Source: Kiritimatiellia bacterium
Lineage (GTDB): Bacteria > Verrucomicrobiota > Kiritimatiellia > RFP12 > UBA1067
Direction of reading: 5' to 3'
NCBI GenBank assembly: GCA_050949565.1
Contig: JBMNFY010000004.1
Span: forward strand, 71,821-135,820
Length of the DNA stretch: 64,000 nt
The position numbers were made by a program, and so were the translations under genes. A model generated the notes under the pieces. That model did no database searches and was not told where the DNA came from. It worked only from the letters and a program-made list of their open reading frames with translations. This document shows positions 48,367-56,659 of the stretch, piece after piece (within the stretch, counting starts at the first letter, position 1; each line of letters begins with the position of its first letter).

Positions 48367-49639
48367 ATGGCTATTGATCTGAAAGCCGCCTACAAGACGA
48401 TTATGGATGACCACTTCACGCCGCGCATGGAGATCTCCTTCATCGACGGCGATTCCCGCCAGACGCTTTGCTACGAAAAGGTCTCCTGGGTGATCGACGG
48501 CGAGGAGAAGGGGCTGCGTTATGGCGAAAATCCCGGTCAGGAGGCGGCCCTCTACAAGCTTGTAAATGGCAATCTCGTGCTGGGCGAGGTCACGTCGCTC
48601 GCGCCGGGCCGCTATCTGGCCTCCGATCCCGAGCTGCTGCAATCCGGCAAGCATCCCGGCAAGACCAACCTGACCGATGCCGACAACGCGCTCAACATCC
48701 TGCGCTACTCTGGACGACACCCCGTGCGCCGTGATCGTGAAGCACAATAACCCGTGCGGTGTTGCCCGCAGCGACACGCTGGCGGACGCCTACTACCGCG
48801 CCAACAAGGCCGACCGCCTGGCCGCGTTCGGCGGTTGCATCGCGCTCAACCGCGAGGTCGATCTGGAAACCGCCCGGCTGATCGTTGAGAATTACGCCGA
48901 AGTGGTGGTCGCGCCAGAGTTCGCTTCCGGTGTGATGGATCTGTTCGCGACCAAGAAGAATCTGCGCGTCATGCGCATCAACAACATGGCGCGTCTCTCT
49001 ACCTTTGTGGCGCAGCGCGTGGTTGATTTCAAGTCGCTGATCGACGGCGGGCTGGTGGCGCAGTGGTCATTCGTGCCCGAGGCGCGCACGACGGCGCAGC
49101 TCATGCCGGCCACATGTACCCGGAAGGACGGCACGGAGCATCGCATCAAGCGCCTGCCCACCCCGCAGGAGTACGAGGATCTGATTTTCGGCTGGCTGGT
49201 CGAGGCGGGGGTCACCAGTAACTCCGTGCTCTACGTCAAGGACGGCGCGACGGTCGGCATCGGCACCGGTGAGCAGGATCGCGTGGGCGTCGCCGAGATT
49301 GCGCGCGACAAGGCCTATCGCAAGCTGGCCGATTGGATCGCCTGGGAGAAGCACGCTACGCCTTACAATGACCTCGTCCTGAAATTCGGCGATCAGGGCC
49401 GGAGCTTCATGGCCGAGATCGACGAAGAGGTCAAGGCGTGTAAAGGCGGCTTGCCCGGGTGCAGCATGGTATCGGACGCCTTCTTCCCGTTCCGCGATGG
49501 CGCGGAGGTCGGCATCCGCGAAGGCATCACCGCCATCGTTCAGCCCGGTGGCGCGATCCGCGACTGGGATGTGATCGACTGCTGCAACGACGCCAACGTC
49601 GCCATGGTCTTCACCGGCCAGCGTAGCTTTAAGCACTAA
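48367..49639 (+). CDS. purH: PurH-family AICAR transformylase (lacking the MGS-like domain), split by a 1-nt frameshift at ~48709
   Basis: LRYGENPGQEAA and TNLTDADNAL in one frame; VKHNNPCG, SNSV, GTGEQDRV, SDAFFPFRDG, QPGGAIRD, MVFTGQRSFKH in the other. Confidence 0.88.
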
Positions 49640-49753
49640 ACCGCGCTGTGCGCGGAGTTGGCATTTAAGATTTAGGATTTAGGAGTTTTTTAACGCAGAG
49701 TACGCCAAGAAACCCCTGCTTTTCATGAAGTTTCATGTGTTTCATGGTTTCAC

Positions 49754-50521
49754 TCAGACAAAACTCACGAGATTCTGTTCGCGCAGGCTGATGAAGCCGG
49801 GGGAGGTCGGCGAGGGCTTGCCGATGATCAGGTGGTCGAGCACGCGGATACCGAGGATGCGCGCGGCTTCGATCAGACGGCGCGTGACGGCGATGTCCTC
49901 TTTGGACGGAGTGGGGTCGCCCGAAGGATGGTTGTGGGCGAGGATCACCGAGGCGGCGCTGTAGCGCACGGCTTTTGCGAAGACTTCGCGCGGATGCACG
50001 GGACTGGTATCGAGCAGGCCGCGCGTGGTTTCAATCGGCTGGCCGATCACACGGTTCTTGGTGTTGAGCAGCACCGTCCAGAAGACCTCCTGTTGCAGAC
50101 CGCGCGCGAGGGGCGCGAGCAAACGGTAGATGCTTTCCGGCTCGCGCACGGGAGGTGCGTTTTCGCGGATGCCGTGGCGTTGCTGGTGTGTCAAGGCGCG
50201 TCGGCTGATCTCGAATGCGGCGGCGAGTTCCATGCATTTGACGGGACCAAGCCCTTTGATCTTGAGGTTACGCAGTTCTTCGAATTCGGCCTGGCAAAGG
50301 TTGGCTAGGCCTTTGTAGCGGCGCAGTAGCTCGCGGGCGAGTTCCGTGACATTCTTACCGGGCACGCCAGTGCGTAGCAGGATGGCGAGCAGGATCTCGT
50401 CCGCGACGTTCGCGGCACCACGCTCCATGAACTCTTCGCGCGGTTGCATCGCTCGCGGCAACTCTTTGACGGTCAGCGGTGTATCGAAATTTTCAGGGGA
50501 GTGTGACGGGTGTGGGGCCAT
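49754..50521 (-). CDS. radC: RadC/JAB-domain protein
   Basis: QPREE, LLAILLRTG, IKGLGPVK, VHPREVF, LAHNHPSGDPTPSKED, VLDHLII. Confidence 0.95.
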   Translation of the reverse strand: MAPHPSHSPENFDTPLTVKELPRAMQPREEFMERGAANVADEILLAILLRTGVPGKNVTELARELLRRYKGLANLCQAEFEELRNLKIKGLGPVKCMELAAAFEISRRALTHQQRHGIRENAPPVREPESIYRLLAPLARGLQQEVFWTVLLNTKNRVIGQPIETTRGLLDTSPVHPREVFAKAVRYSAASVILAHNHPSGDPTPSKEDIAVTRRLIEAARILGIRVLDHLIIGKPSPTSPGFISLREQNLVSFV

Positions 50522-51440
50522 GGTTCCTCCAAATTTCGGCGACGCGCCGAGCGACGGCGCCGGGCGGGTCGTCGTCTGTGATGTCGATCCATACGACGTG
50601 CGCCTGATGGCGCAACCAAGTTTCTTGACGTTTGGCGAGTTGGCGCGTGCGTGCCGCGATGCGCTCTGCGGCCTGCGCCTGCGTCAACTCGCCGGTCAGC
50701 AGGGCACGGACTTCGGCGTAGCCGATGGCGTGGCTTGCAGTTTCCGACCAAACAGGGATGTCGTGCAACAGGGCGCGAACTTCGTCGATGAGACCGGCCG
50801 CGAACATAGCGTCGACGCGCCGCGCGATACGGGCATGGAGCTGTTCGCGCGGCATGCGCAGGGCGGGAATTGGCGGGATGTCATCCGTGCGCTGTTGGCG
50901 GACGGGCACAGTGCCATGCGCGTCGAGGTGTTCGAGGGCGCGGATCAGGCGGCGCGGGTTGGCGGGGTCGGCGAGGGTTTCGAGCACGCCGGGGGCGCGG
51001 GCTTCGAGCGCGCGGCGCAGGGCGTCGGTGCCTTCCGCAGCGTGGAGCGCCTGCCAGTGCGCGCGGACTTCCGGATCGCAGGCGCTGCCGTCGAGACCTT
51101 CGGTCAGCGCCTTGAGGTAGAGGCCGGTGCCGCCGACGACGATGAGGCCGGTGCGGGGTGCAGAGCGGAAGGCGCGATGTGCGTCGGCAAGCCAGAGGCC
51201 GGTGCTGAAGGGTTCTGCGGGCGAGACCAGATCAATGCCAAAGTAGGGGACGTCACCGCGTTCGGCGGGTGCGGGCTTCGCTGTGCCGATGTCCATGCTG
51301 CGGTAGACGAGCATGGCGTCGGCCGATAGGATCGTGCGACCGGTTTGCTCGGCGAGCTGCTGGGCAACAGCACTCTTTCCGGTAGCGGTCGCGCCTGCGA
51401 TGAACCAGGCGGCGGGGGAAGCGTTAATGGCGGTGGCCAT
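50493..51440 (-). CDS. miaA: tRNA dimethylallyltransferase
   Basis: GATATGKS, SADAMLVYRSMDIGTAKP, VGGTGLY, RRLIRALE, AIGYAE, LAKRQETW. Confidence 0.96.
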   Translation of the reverse strand: MATAINASPAAWFIAGATATGKSAVAQQLAEQTGRTILSADAMLVYRSMDIGTAKPAPAERGDVPYFGIDLVSPAEPFSTGLWLADAHRAFRSAPRTGLIVVGGTGLYLKALTEGLDGSACDPEVRAHWQALHAAEGTDALRRALEARAPGVLETLADPANPRRLIRALEHLDAHGTVPVRQQRTDDIPPIPALRMPREQLHARIARRVDAMFAAGLIDEVRALLHDIPVWSETASHAIGYAEVRALLTGELTQAQAAERIAARTRQLAKRQETWLRHQAHVVWIDITDDDPPGAVARRVAEIWRNHGPTPVTLP

Positions 51441-51888
51441 GCTTTCTGTCGTGGATCCACTGGGTGAGGATGAAAAGAAAGACGCCGCAACAGATCGCGG
51501 AGTCGGCAACATTAAAGGCCGGGAAGTGGTGGTGTCCCCAGAAGAAGTCGAGGAAGTCGACCACGTAATTGAGACGGATGCGGTCGATCAGGTTGCCGAG
51601 GATGCCGCCCACGAGCAGGGTGAAGGTGACGCGGCCGCCCCATAGGTGATCGAAGAGTTGGCGGCGTCGCCAACACAGGAAGGCGAGCGTAAGGAGCGAG
51701 AAGCCGATGAGGAAGATGTGACGGCCGGCAAGCATGCCCCAGGCGGCCCCCCGATTTTCGACGTAAGTAAGACTGAAAAAACCGGGCACGATCGCCACCG
51801 AGCCGATGGGCTTGAGGTGGACGACGGCCCAGTATTTCGTCAGTTGGTCGACTGCGGTCAGCAGAGCGACAAAGAACAGGACACGCAT
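51424..51888 (-). CDS. lspA: Lipoprotein signal peptidase II
   Basis: DQLTK, NRGAAWG, GNLIDRI, VVDF, FNVADSAI. Confidence 0.96.
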   Translation of the reverse strand: MRVLFFVALLTAVDQLTKYWAVVHLKPIGSVAIVPGFFSLTYVENRGAAWGMLAGRHIFLIGFSLLTLAFLCWRRRQLFDHLWGGRVTFTLLVGGILGNLIDRIRLNYVVDFLDFFWGHHHFPAFNVADSAICCGVFLFILTQWIHDRKHGHRH

Positions 51889-51894
51889 GGTCGC

Positions 51895-53034
51895 CTACCT
51901 GCGACGGCCGCGACGGGGCATGCGCCGTTCCATCTCAGACTGACACTTGACGCAATTGGTGGCGAAGGGCAACACCGCAAGGCGCGGCTTGCTGATCCGC
52001 TCGCCGCACATATCGCAGATGCCGTAGGTGCCTTTTTCAATTGAGCGCAGTGCGTCGTCGATATTGGCGATGTCGCGGTGCTGGGTGCCGACCTGCTCCA
52101 ACGTTTGGAGGCGCATGAAGGCGTCGGTGCCGTCCTCTTCCGGGTTGATCTCGTCGTGACGTTGCAGGGCAGCGTGACGCAGGGCGCCGGACTGACCGGT
52201 AATGCGGTCGCGCATGGCCAGTAGCTCAGCCTTGAACTGTTCGAGGTCGCCTTTGTTGAAGTGCGGCTTTCTGGTGCGAGCGGGGCGCGCTGGTGCCTTG
52301 GGCGTGGCGGCGGGCGTCGCTGGAGCGGACACCGCAGGAGCGGGAACCGCGACTTCTTCAACCGGTTTGGAGGCGGGAAGAATGGCCTTGGGCGCAGGCT
52401 TCTTGGCGGTCTTCTTGGCCGGTGTTTTTGCTTTGGCCGGGGTCTTTACCGCCGTCTTGGCCGGAGCTTTGACTTTCACCGGGGCTTTGGTTTTCGCCAC
52501 AGTCTTGGTCTTGGTCGGCACCTTCGCTTTGGCCGGAGTTTTCGCCGCGACTTTCACCGGTGCTTTTGCTTTCGCCGGTGCTTTTACTTTCACCGGGGTT
52601 TTGGTCTTGGCCGCCGTCTTGGCCTTGGCCGGGGTTTTTGCTCTGACCGGAGTTTTCGCCGCGACTTTGACCGGTGCCTTGGCTTTCGCCGGGGCTTGGG
52701 CTGCGGCTTTAGCTGTGGTCTTTACCGCCGTCTTGGCTTTGGTTACGGTTTTGGCTTTGACCGGTGCCTTGGCTTTCGCCGGGGCCTTTGCTGCAACCTT
52801 CGTCGTAGTCTTAGCTTTCGCCGGGGTCTTGGCTGCGGCCTTAGTCGCAGCCTTCACCGTGGCTTTCACCGCCGTCTTGGCAGTGGTCTTGGTCTTCTCC
52901 TTCGCCGGGGCGGACTTCTTGGCCGCCGACGCTTTCTTGGTCTGTGAACCGGACGCTTTTGACGCCGTCTGTTTTTTGACAGCCGGTTTCCGGGCCGGGG
53001 TGGTTTTAGGTTTGCTCTTTTTGGCTACCGTCAT
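51895..53034 (-). CDS. dksA: DksA/TraR C4 zinc-finger regulator with a ~250-aa histone-H1-like Lys/Ala/Pro/Thr repeat N-terminus
   Basis: EDGTDAF tip, ALRSIEKGTYGICDMCGERI..RLAVLPFATNCVKC; N-terminal AKAKAPVKVAAKTP repeats. Confidence 0.85.
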   Translation of the reverse strand: MTVAKKSKPKTTPARKPAVKKQTASKASGSQTKKASAAKKSAPAKEKTKTTAKTAVKATVKAATKAAAKTPAKAKTTTKVAAKAPAKAKAPVKAKTVTKAKTAVKTTAKAAAQAPAKAKAPVKVAAKTPVRAKTPAKAKTAAKTKTPVKVKAPAKAKAPVKVAAKTPAKAKVPTKTKTVAKTKAPVKVKAPAKTAVKTPAKAKTPAKKTAKKPAPKAILPASKPVEEVAVPAPAVSAPATPAATPKAPARPARTRKPHFNKGDLEQFKAELLAMRDRITGQSGALRHAALQRHDEINPEEDGTDAFMRLQTLEQVGTQHRDIANIDDALRSIEKGTYGICDMCGERISKPRLAVLPFATNCVKCQSEMERRMPRRGRRR

Positions 53035-53173
53035 GTTTCACCTCTTTCTTCCTCTCCCTGGAAAGACTCAGGCATGTAAAGATCGCCGTAGCTTCCGCGA
53101 GTAGTGCTGTAGTATACGAGAATTGTAAAAGATAGCAAGGTGCAAAATGGGCACAACTCCTAACTCCTAAATC

Positions 53174-55315
53174 CTAACTGACAACTTCCTCTGGCGTGCT
53201 GTTGATCCATACGCGGATCGCCTCGTCTAGGGGTAAGATGGCATCGATGCTGGCGGTTTCGTTACCTGTGAGGCTGGGCACCGTGACCGAGTCGCCGACC
53301 GCCTTACCCTTCAGGTTCTGGGCTAGGGGTGCCTTGTTGGAGATGATGTTCAGGTGCTCATCGCGATCCCATTCACCCAGAATGGTGTAGGTCCGTTTCG
53401 AACCGTCTGCCATGCGTAGCACGACGGTGGTGCCGGGGCCGGCTTTGTCACATGGAGCGTTGGAAAAATCACTGCCTTTGACCTGCTTGAGTTCCCGCTG
53501 CATCTCGTCTTGACGCATCAGGAGCTGGCGCTGAAAATCTTTGGCCGCCTGATACTCGAAGTTCTCGCGCAGGTCGCCATAACTGCGGGCCGTCGCGATG
53601 TCCTGACTGTTTTTGGGCAACTCCACTTCGACCAGATGCTTATAGAGGAGCTGGCGTTCTTGGAGGGAACGCCATGAGGTCCGGCGCACGGCATCTTGGG
53701 GCTGTGGCGCGACGACGCGTTTACGATCGGCCAGTGAGGGGTCGAGCTTCAGCATGCGCCCCAGCAGCGTGTGGTGGGTGGCAGGATCCCAAGCCGGCGA
53801 GGCCTGTATGCGTTCGAAGACAAACTGCCGTTGCGGCGTGTCCAGTTCGGCAAAGATTCCCTCCAGCCACTTGCTTTGTTCGAAAAGCGACTTGAGGTTG
53901 TTCTGCATGCGCAAGGCTTCGCCAGAGAGACGTCCTTCCGCCAGGGCGATCGCGTGGTTTAGCAACTCGCTCAGTGGCGGCAGATCCCAAGCGGCGGTCT
54001 CGGTACGGAAACGGAAAACCCAGTTGACCAGCGTGGGCGGGGCTTTGGGTTGGGCCAATAGATTACGGCAGGCCGTAGCGGTTTCAGGAAGCTCCTTGAG
54101 GGAGATCAGCACCTCGTTGAGCAGGCTGAACGGCATGCGGTCGAGGTTGCCGAGCAGGCGCTCTGTGGCATCACCACCCCCAGCCAGCAGGAAGGCGACC
54201 AGTGCCGAAACATCGCGCACGCTGAGATGTTCGGCGGCCTCGATGTAGCGGTCGCGCTCCCACAGGTGAGCGCGCATCTGTTCGACCGGCGGGGTGGCAA
54301 AACCGAACTGGCTGACGGCGACGGCCAGGCGCGCGTAGAGCGCAGCGTCGGTGTTGTGCGCGCCCTTTACGGCGAAGGCGAGCCGCTCCTCAAGCACGTC
54401 GCGCTGCGTCGCGTCAAGGTCGGCGATCGGGCTGGCCGCGTCCAACTCGTTGACGTCGTTCAGGATTTGGGTTGGATCAGTCAGCGCGGCGAAACGCGAG
54501 AACCATGCGTTGCCGTATGATTCCGGTTCGGCAAGCAGGTGCACGGACTCGGAGCGTTTAGTCGGGATAACGACCAGCGGATTGTTCTTGAGCGCCTTGC
54601 GTGCCGCATCCCAAAAGCTTTTCCAGTCGGCGGCGGCGACAAACCCTTGGCGCGTGAGCGTCTCTTCGAGCCGCGCGATGGGCATGTCGCCAAAACTGCG
54701 CAACGCGCATACGACGAGGTCACCGGGCTGTTCGGTTGCCATGCGCGCGACGGCCTGCGGGTCGTTGTGCCGCCGCGTCAACAGATGGTCGTGCGGAGCG
54801 CGGTCGAGCGATTCACTGGCGGCGGCGAAGGACATCGCGTGGTTAGGTTTACCGGCGAAGTCAACGGTGACGCGCTTGTAGAAATCATCGAGCCGCTTGA
54901 CGGTGCCGATCCCCCACGCGGGATCGATCACCAGCGTACCGGGCTTCAGCGCGAGCAGGCGATCCAGACGACGGAAAGACTCATCAAGCGGGATATCGCC
55001 GAACGTCACGCTCTCGATCTGGGCCGAAACCAGACGGTCTTTGCTGGCCCTTTTAAGCAGGTCGCGCAGATCGGTGGGGGTCAAGGACTTGACGAGCTGC
55101 GCAGCGCGGTCCTTTATCGCGAGATAGAGACCGGGGAACTCCGTTCGGTCGGAGAGTTCATCGATCAACACCAGCGTCCATTCCTCGGCCTTGGTTGGGT
55201 TGGCAAGCTCGCAGGCGTGGATCTGCGACAGGAGATCGGCCACAGGCATGGGACGCTGTTCCAGCAGAGCAAGAAAATCACTTTCGTTTGCGGTATTCGT
55301 CACGGGGGTTTCCAT
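53174..55315 (-). CDS. greA: Long-form GreA transcription elongation factor (N-terminally extended type)
   Basis: C-terminal IATARSYGDLRENFEYQAAK, YTILGEWD, IISNKAPLA; ~550-aa extension including WGIGTV. Confidence 0.88.
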   Translation of the reverse strand: METPVTNTANESDFLALLEQRPMPVADLLSQIHACELANPTKAEEWTLVLIDELSDRTEFPGLYLAIKDRAAQLVKSLTPTDLRDLLKRASKDRLVSAQIESVTFGDIPLDESFRRLDRLLALKPGTLVIDPAWGIGTVKRLDDFYKRVTVDFAGKPNHAMSFAAASESLDRAPHDHLLTRRHNDPQAVARMATEQPGDLVVCALRSFGDMPIARLEETLTRQGFVAAADWKSFWDAARKALKNNPLVVIPTKRSESVHLLAEPESYGNAWFSRFAALTDPTQILNDVNELDAASPIADLDATQRDVLEERLAFAVKGAHNTDAALYARLAVAVSQFGFATPPVEQMRAHLWERDRYIEAAEHLSVRDVSALVAFLLAGGGDATERLLGNLDRMPFSLLNEVLISLKELPETATACRNLLAQPKAPPTLVNWVFRFRTETAAWDLPPLSELLNHAIALAEGRLSGEALRMQNNLKSLFEQSKWLEGIFAELDTPQRQFVFERIQASPAWDPATHHTLLGRMLKLDPSLADRKRVVAPQPQDAVRRTSWRSLQERQLLYKHLVEVELPKNSQDIATARSYGDLRENFEYQAAKDFQRQLLMRQDEMQRELKQVKGSDFSNAPCDKAGPGTTVVLRMADGSKRTYTILGEWDRDEHLNIISNKAPLAQNLKGKAVGDSVTVPSLTGNETASIDAILPLDEAIRVWINSTPEEVVS

Positions 55316-55458
55316 CCATCGATCCTCAGTTCCACATGAAAAGGGCGAATAGATTACCAAAGACCGATGCGAAAGGGAAGAACGGCGGTGAGTTTAACGG
55401 TGGAATTATCGTCAGATAATTTCCCAAAGGAAACGCGACGAAGCGTATAATAAGGCGC

Positions 55459-56263
55459 ATGATGAGACGCATAGTGATATTCGTGACCCTCGTGGTGGTA
55501 GCCCTCGCGGGACTTGCCGAGAAACTGCCGCCATTACCGGACGGGGCGTTTACTTACGTGGTGATTCCTGACACACAGCTCTATCGGGGCAGCGGTACGT
55601 ATGAAGAACGCCTGGTATGCGGGCGGGTTCGATGGCTTCGAGGTTCTCGATGGCAAGGAGCAAAAACCGCGAATCTTCTCGGCCGGGAACGCCAACAGTT
55701 GCCAGCTCTTCGCGTCGGGCGGTATGAAGTTCGTGGTGTTACACCTTGAGTGCAATGCCCCGGCCCCCGTCCTTATGTGGGCGGGTGAGATGTTGAAGAA
55801 GCACGCCGACCGCAAGGCCATTATCTGCACGCACATGTATCTCGGTTACAAGACGAAGCAGATCGACCAAATACGCCGCACTGATCCGCGCCGCCCGGAC
55901 GACTGGTTCGGCGTGATGGACTGGACAAAAAGCCATGGCGAGAGGGGCGTTCCAGCCACAACGGCATGGGAGACGTGTTTCTCAAAGCACGCGAATCTGA
56001 TCCTGATTGTGAGCGGCGACCAAAGTTTTGCGATCTGCTGGCGGGAAAAACAGAAAGGCGTGCACGGCAACACGGTTCACGCTACGCTGCAGGACTATCC
56101 TCGCACGGCCGACGATCAGGACTGGCTCCGGCTCTATCGGTTCCGTCCCGCCGAAAAGAAAATCGAGGTGTGGACCTATTCGCCCCAGCAGGACAGGGTT
56201 TGTGACGGTGTGAGCTTCCGCAAGGACCATGCCCATCACCAGTTTACGCTTGATTTGGACTAA
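55459..56263 (+). pseudogene. Secreted calcineurin-like metallophosphoesterase with internal deletion and frameshift at ~55595
   Basis: Signal peptide plus VVIPDTQ in one frame; downstream frame has IICTHMYL and IVSGD; the expected GD and GNHD motifs are absent. Confidence 0.7.
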
Positions 56264-56271
56264 AAATAAAA

Positions 56272-56346
56272 TGGCGCGCCCACGGAGAATCGAACTCCGC
56301 TTCCAAGGATGAAAACCTTGTGTCCTAGCCGATAGACGATGGGCGC
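56272..56346 (-). tRNA. tRNA-Glu(TTC)
   Basis: Reverse complement GCGCCCA...CAAGG-TT-TTC-AT-CCTTG...GTTCGATTC...TGGGCGC-G-CCA. Confidence 0.95.
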
Positions 56347-56359
56347 GAAATAGGCAACC

Positions 56360-56388
56360 AAGTTAGCAAAAGGGGTGCCTCATGGCAA
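56360..56388 (-). promoter_or_regulatory. Putative sigma70 promoter for tRNA-Glu
   Basis: TTGCCA-N17-TAACTT on the minus strand. Confidence 0.55.
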
Positions 56389-56438
56389 GAGCGCAGATAA
56401 CATAAACTACAATCGGTTAGAAACGCAGAGGTTTTGAT

Positions 56439-56659
56439 GGATGCGGCGTGACCGCCGCCGGGAGGGGCAAGCGTCTGCTTGCCCGCGGACGAGCAGACGC
56501 TCGTCCCTCCCGGTGCTCAGCAATGAACCCTGAAACCATCCTTCCGCACAGCGGAAGGCGGCTCGTGGGGACACTCGCCCTCCAGTGCTACCGGTCTGGG
56601 CTCGCGGAGCACTGGGAGGGTCAAGCGTCTGCTTGACCGGCGGCGGTTACGCCGCCATC
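56439..56659. repeat. REP cluster bounded by inverted repeats GCGGCGTGACCGCCGCCG / CGGCGGCGGTTACGCCGC
   Basis: Doublet 56460-56511, hairpin plus REP 56540-56583, single REP 56613-56638 containing the hydrolase stop codon. Confidence 0.85.

Noticed and set aside
48690-48730. Programmed ribosomal frameshifting in purH or the Gfo gene
   Set aside because: No slippery sequence or stimulatory element seen, and several unrelated small indels point to assembly error.
49754-50521. RadC as a marker of a mobile element
   Set aside because: It is the full-length chromosomal form with the N-terminal HhH region inside a housekeeping operon.
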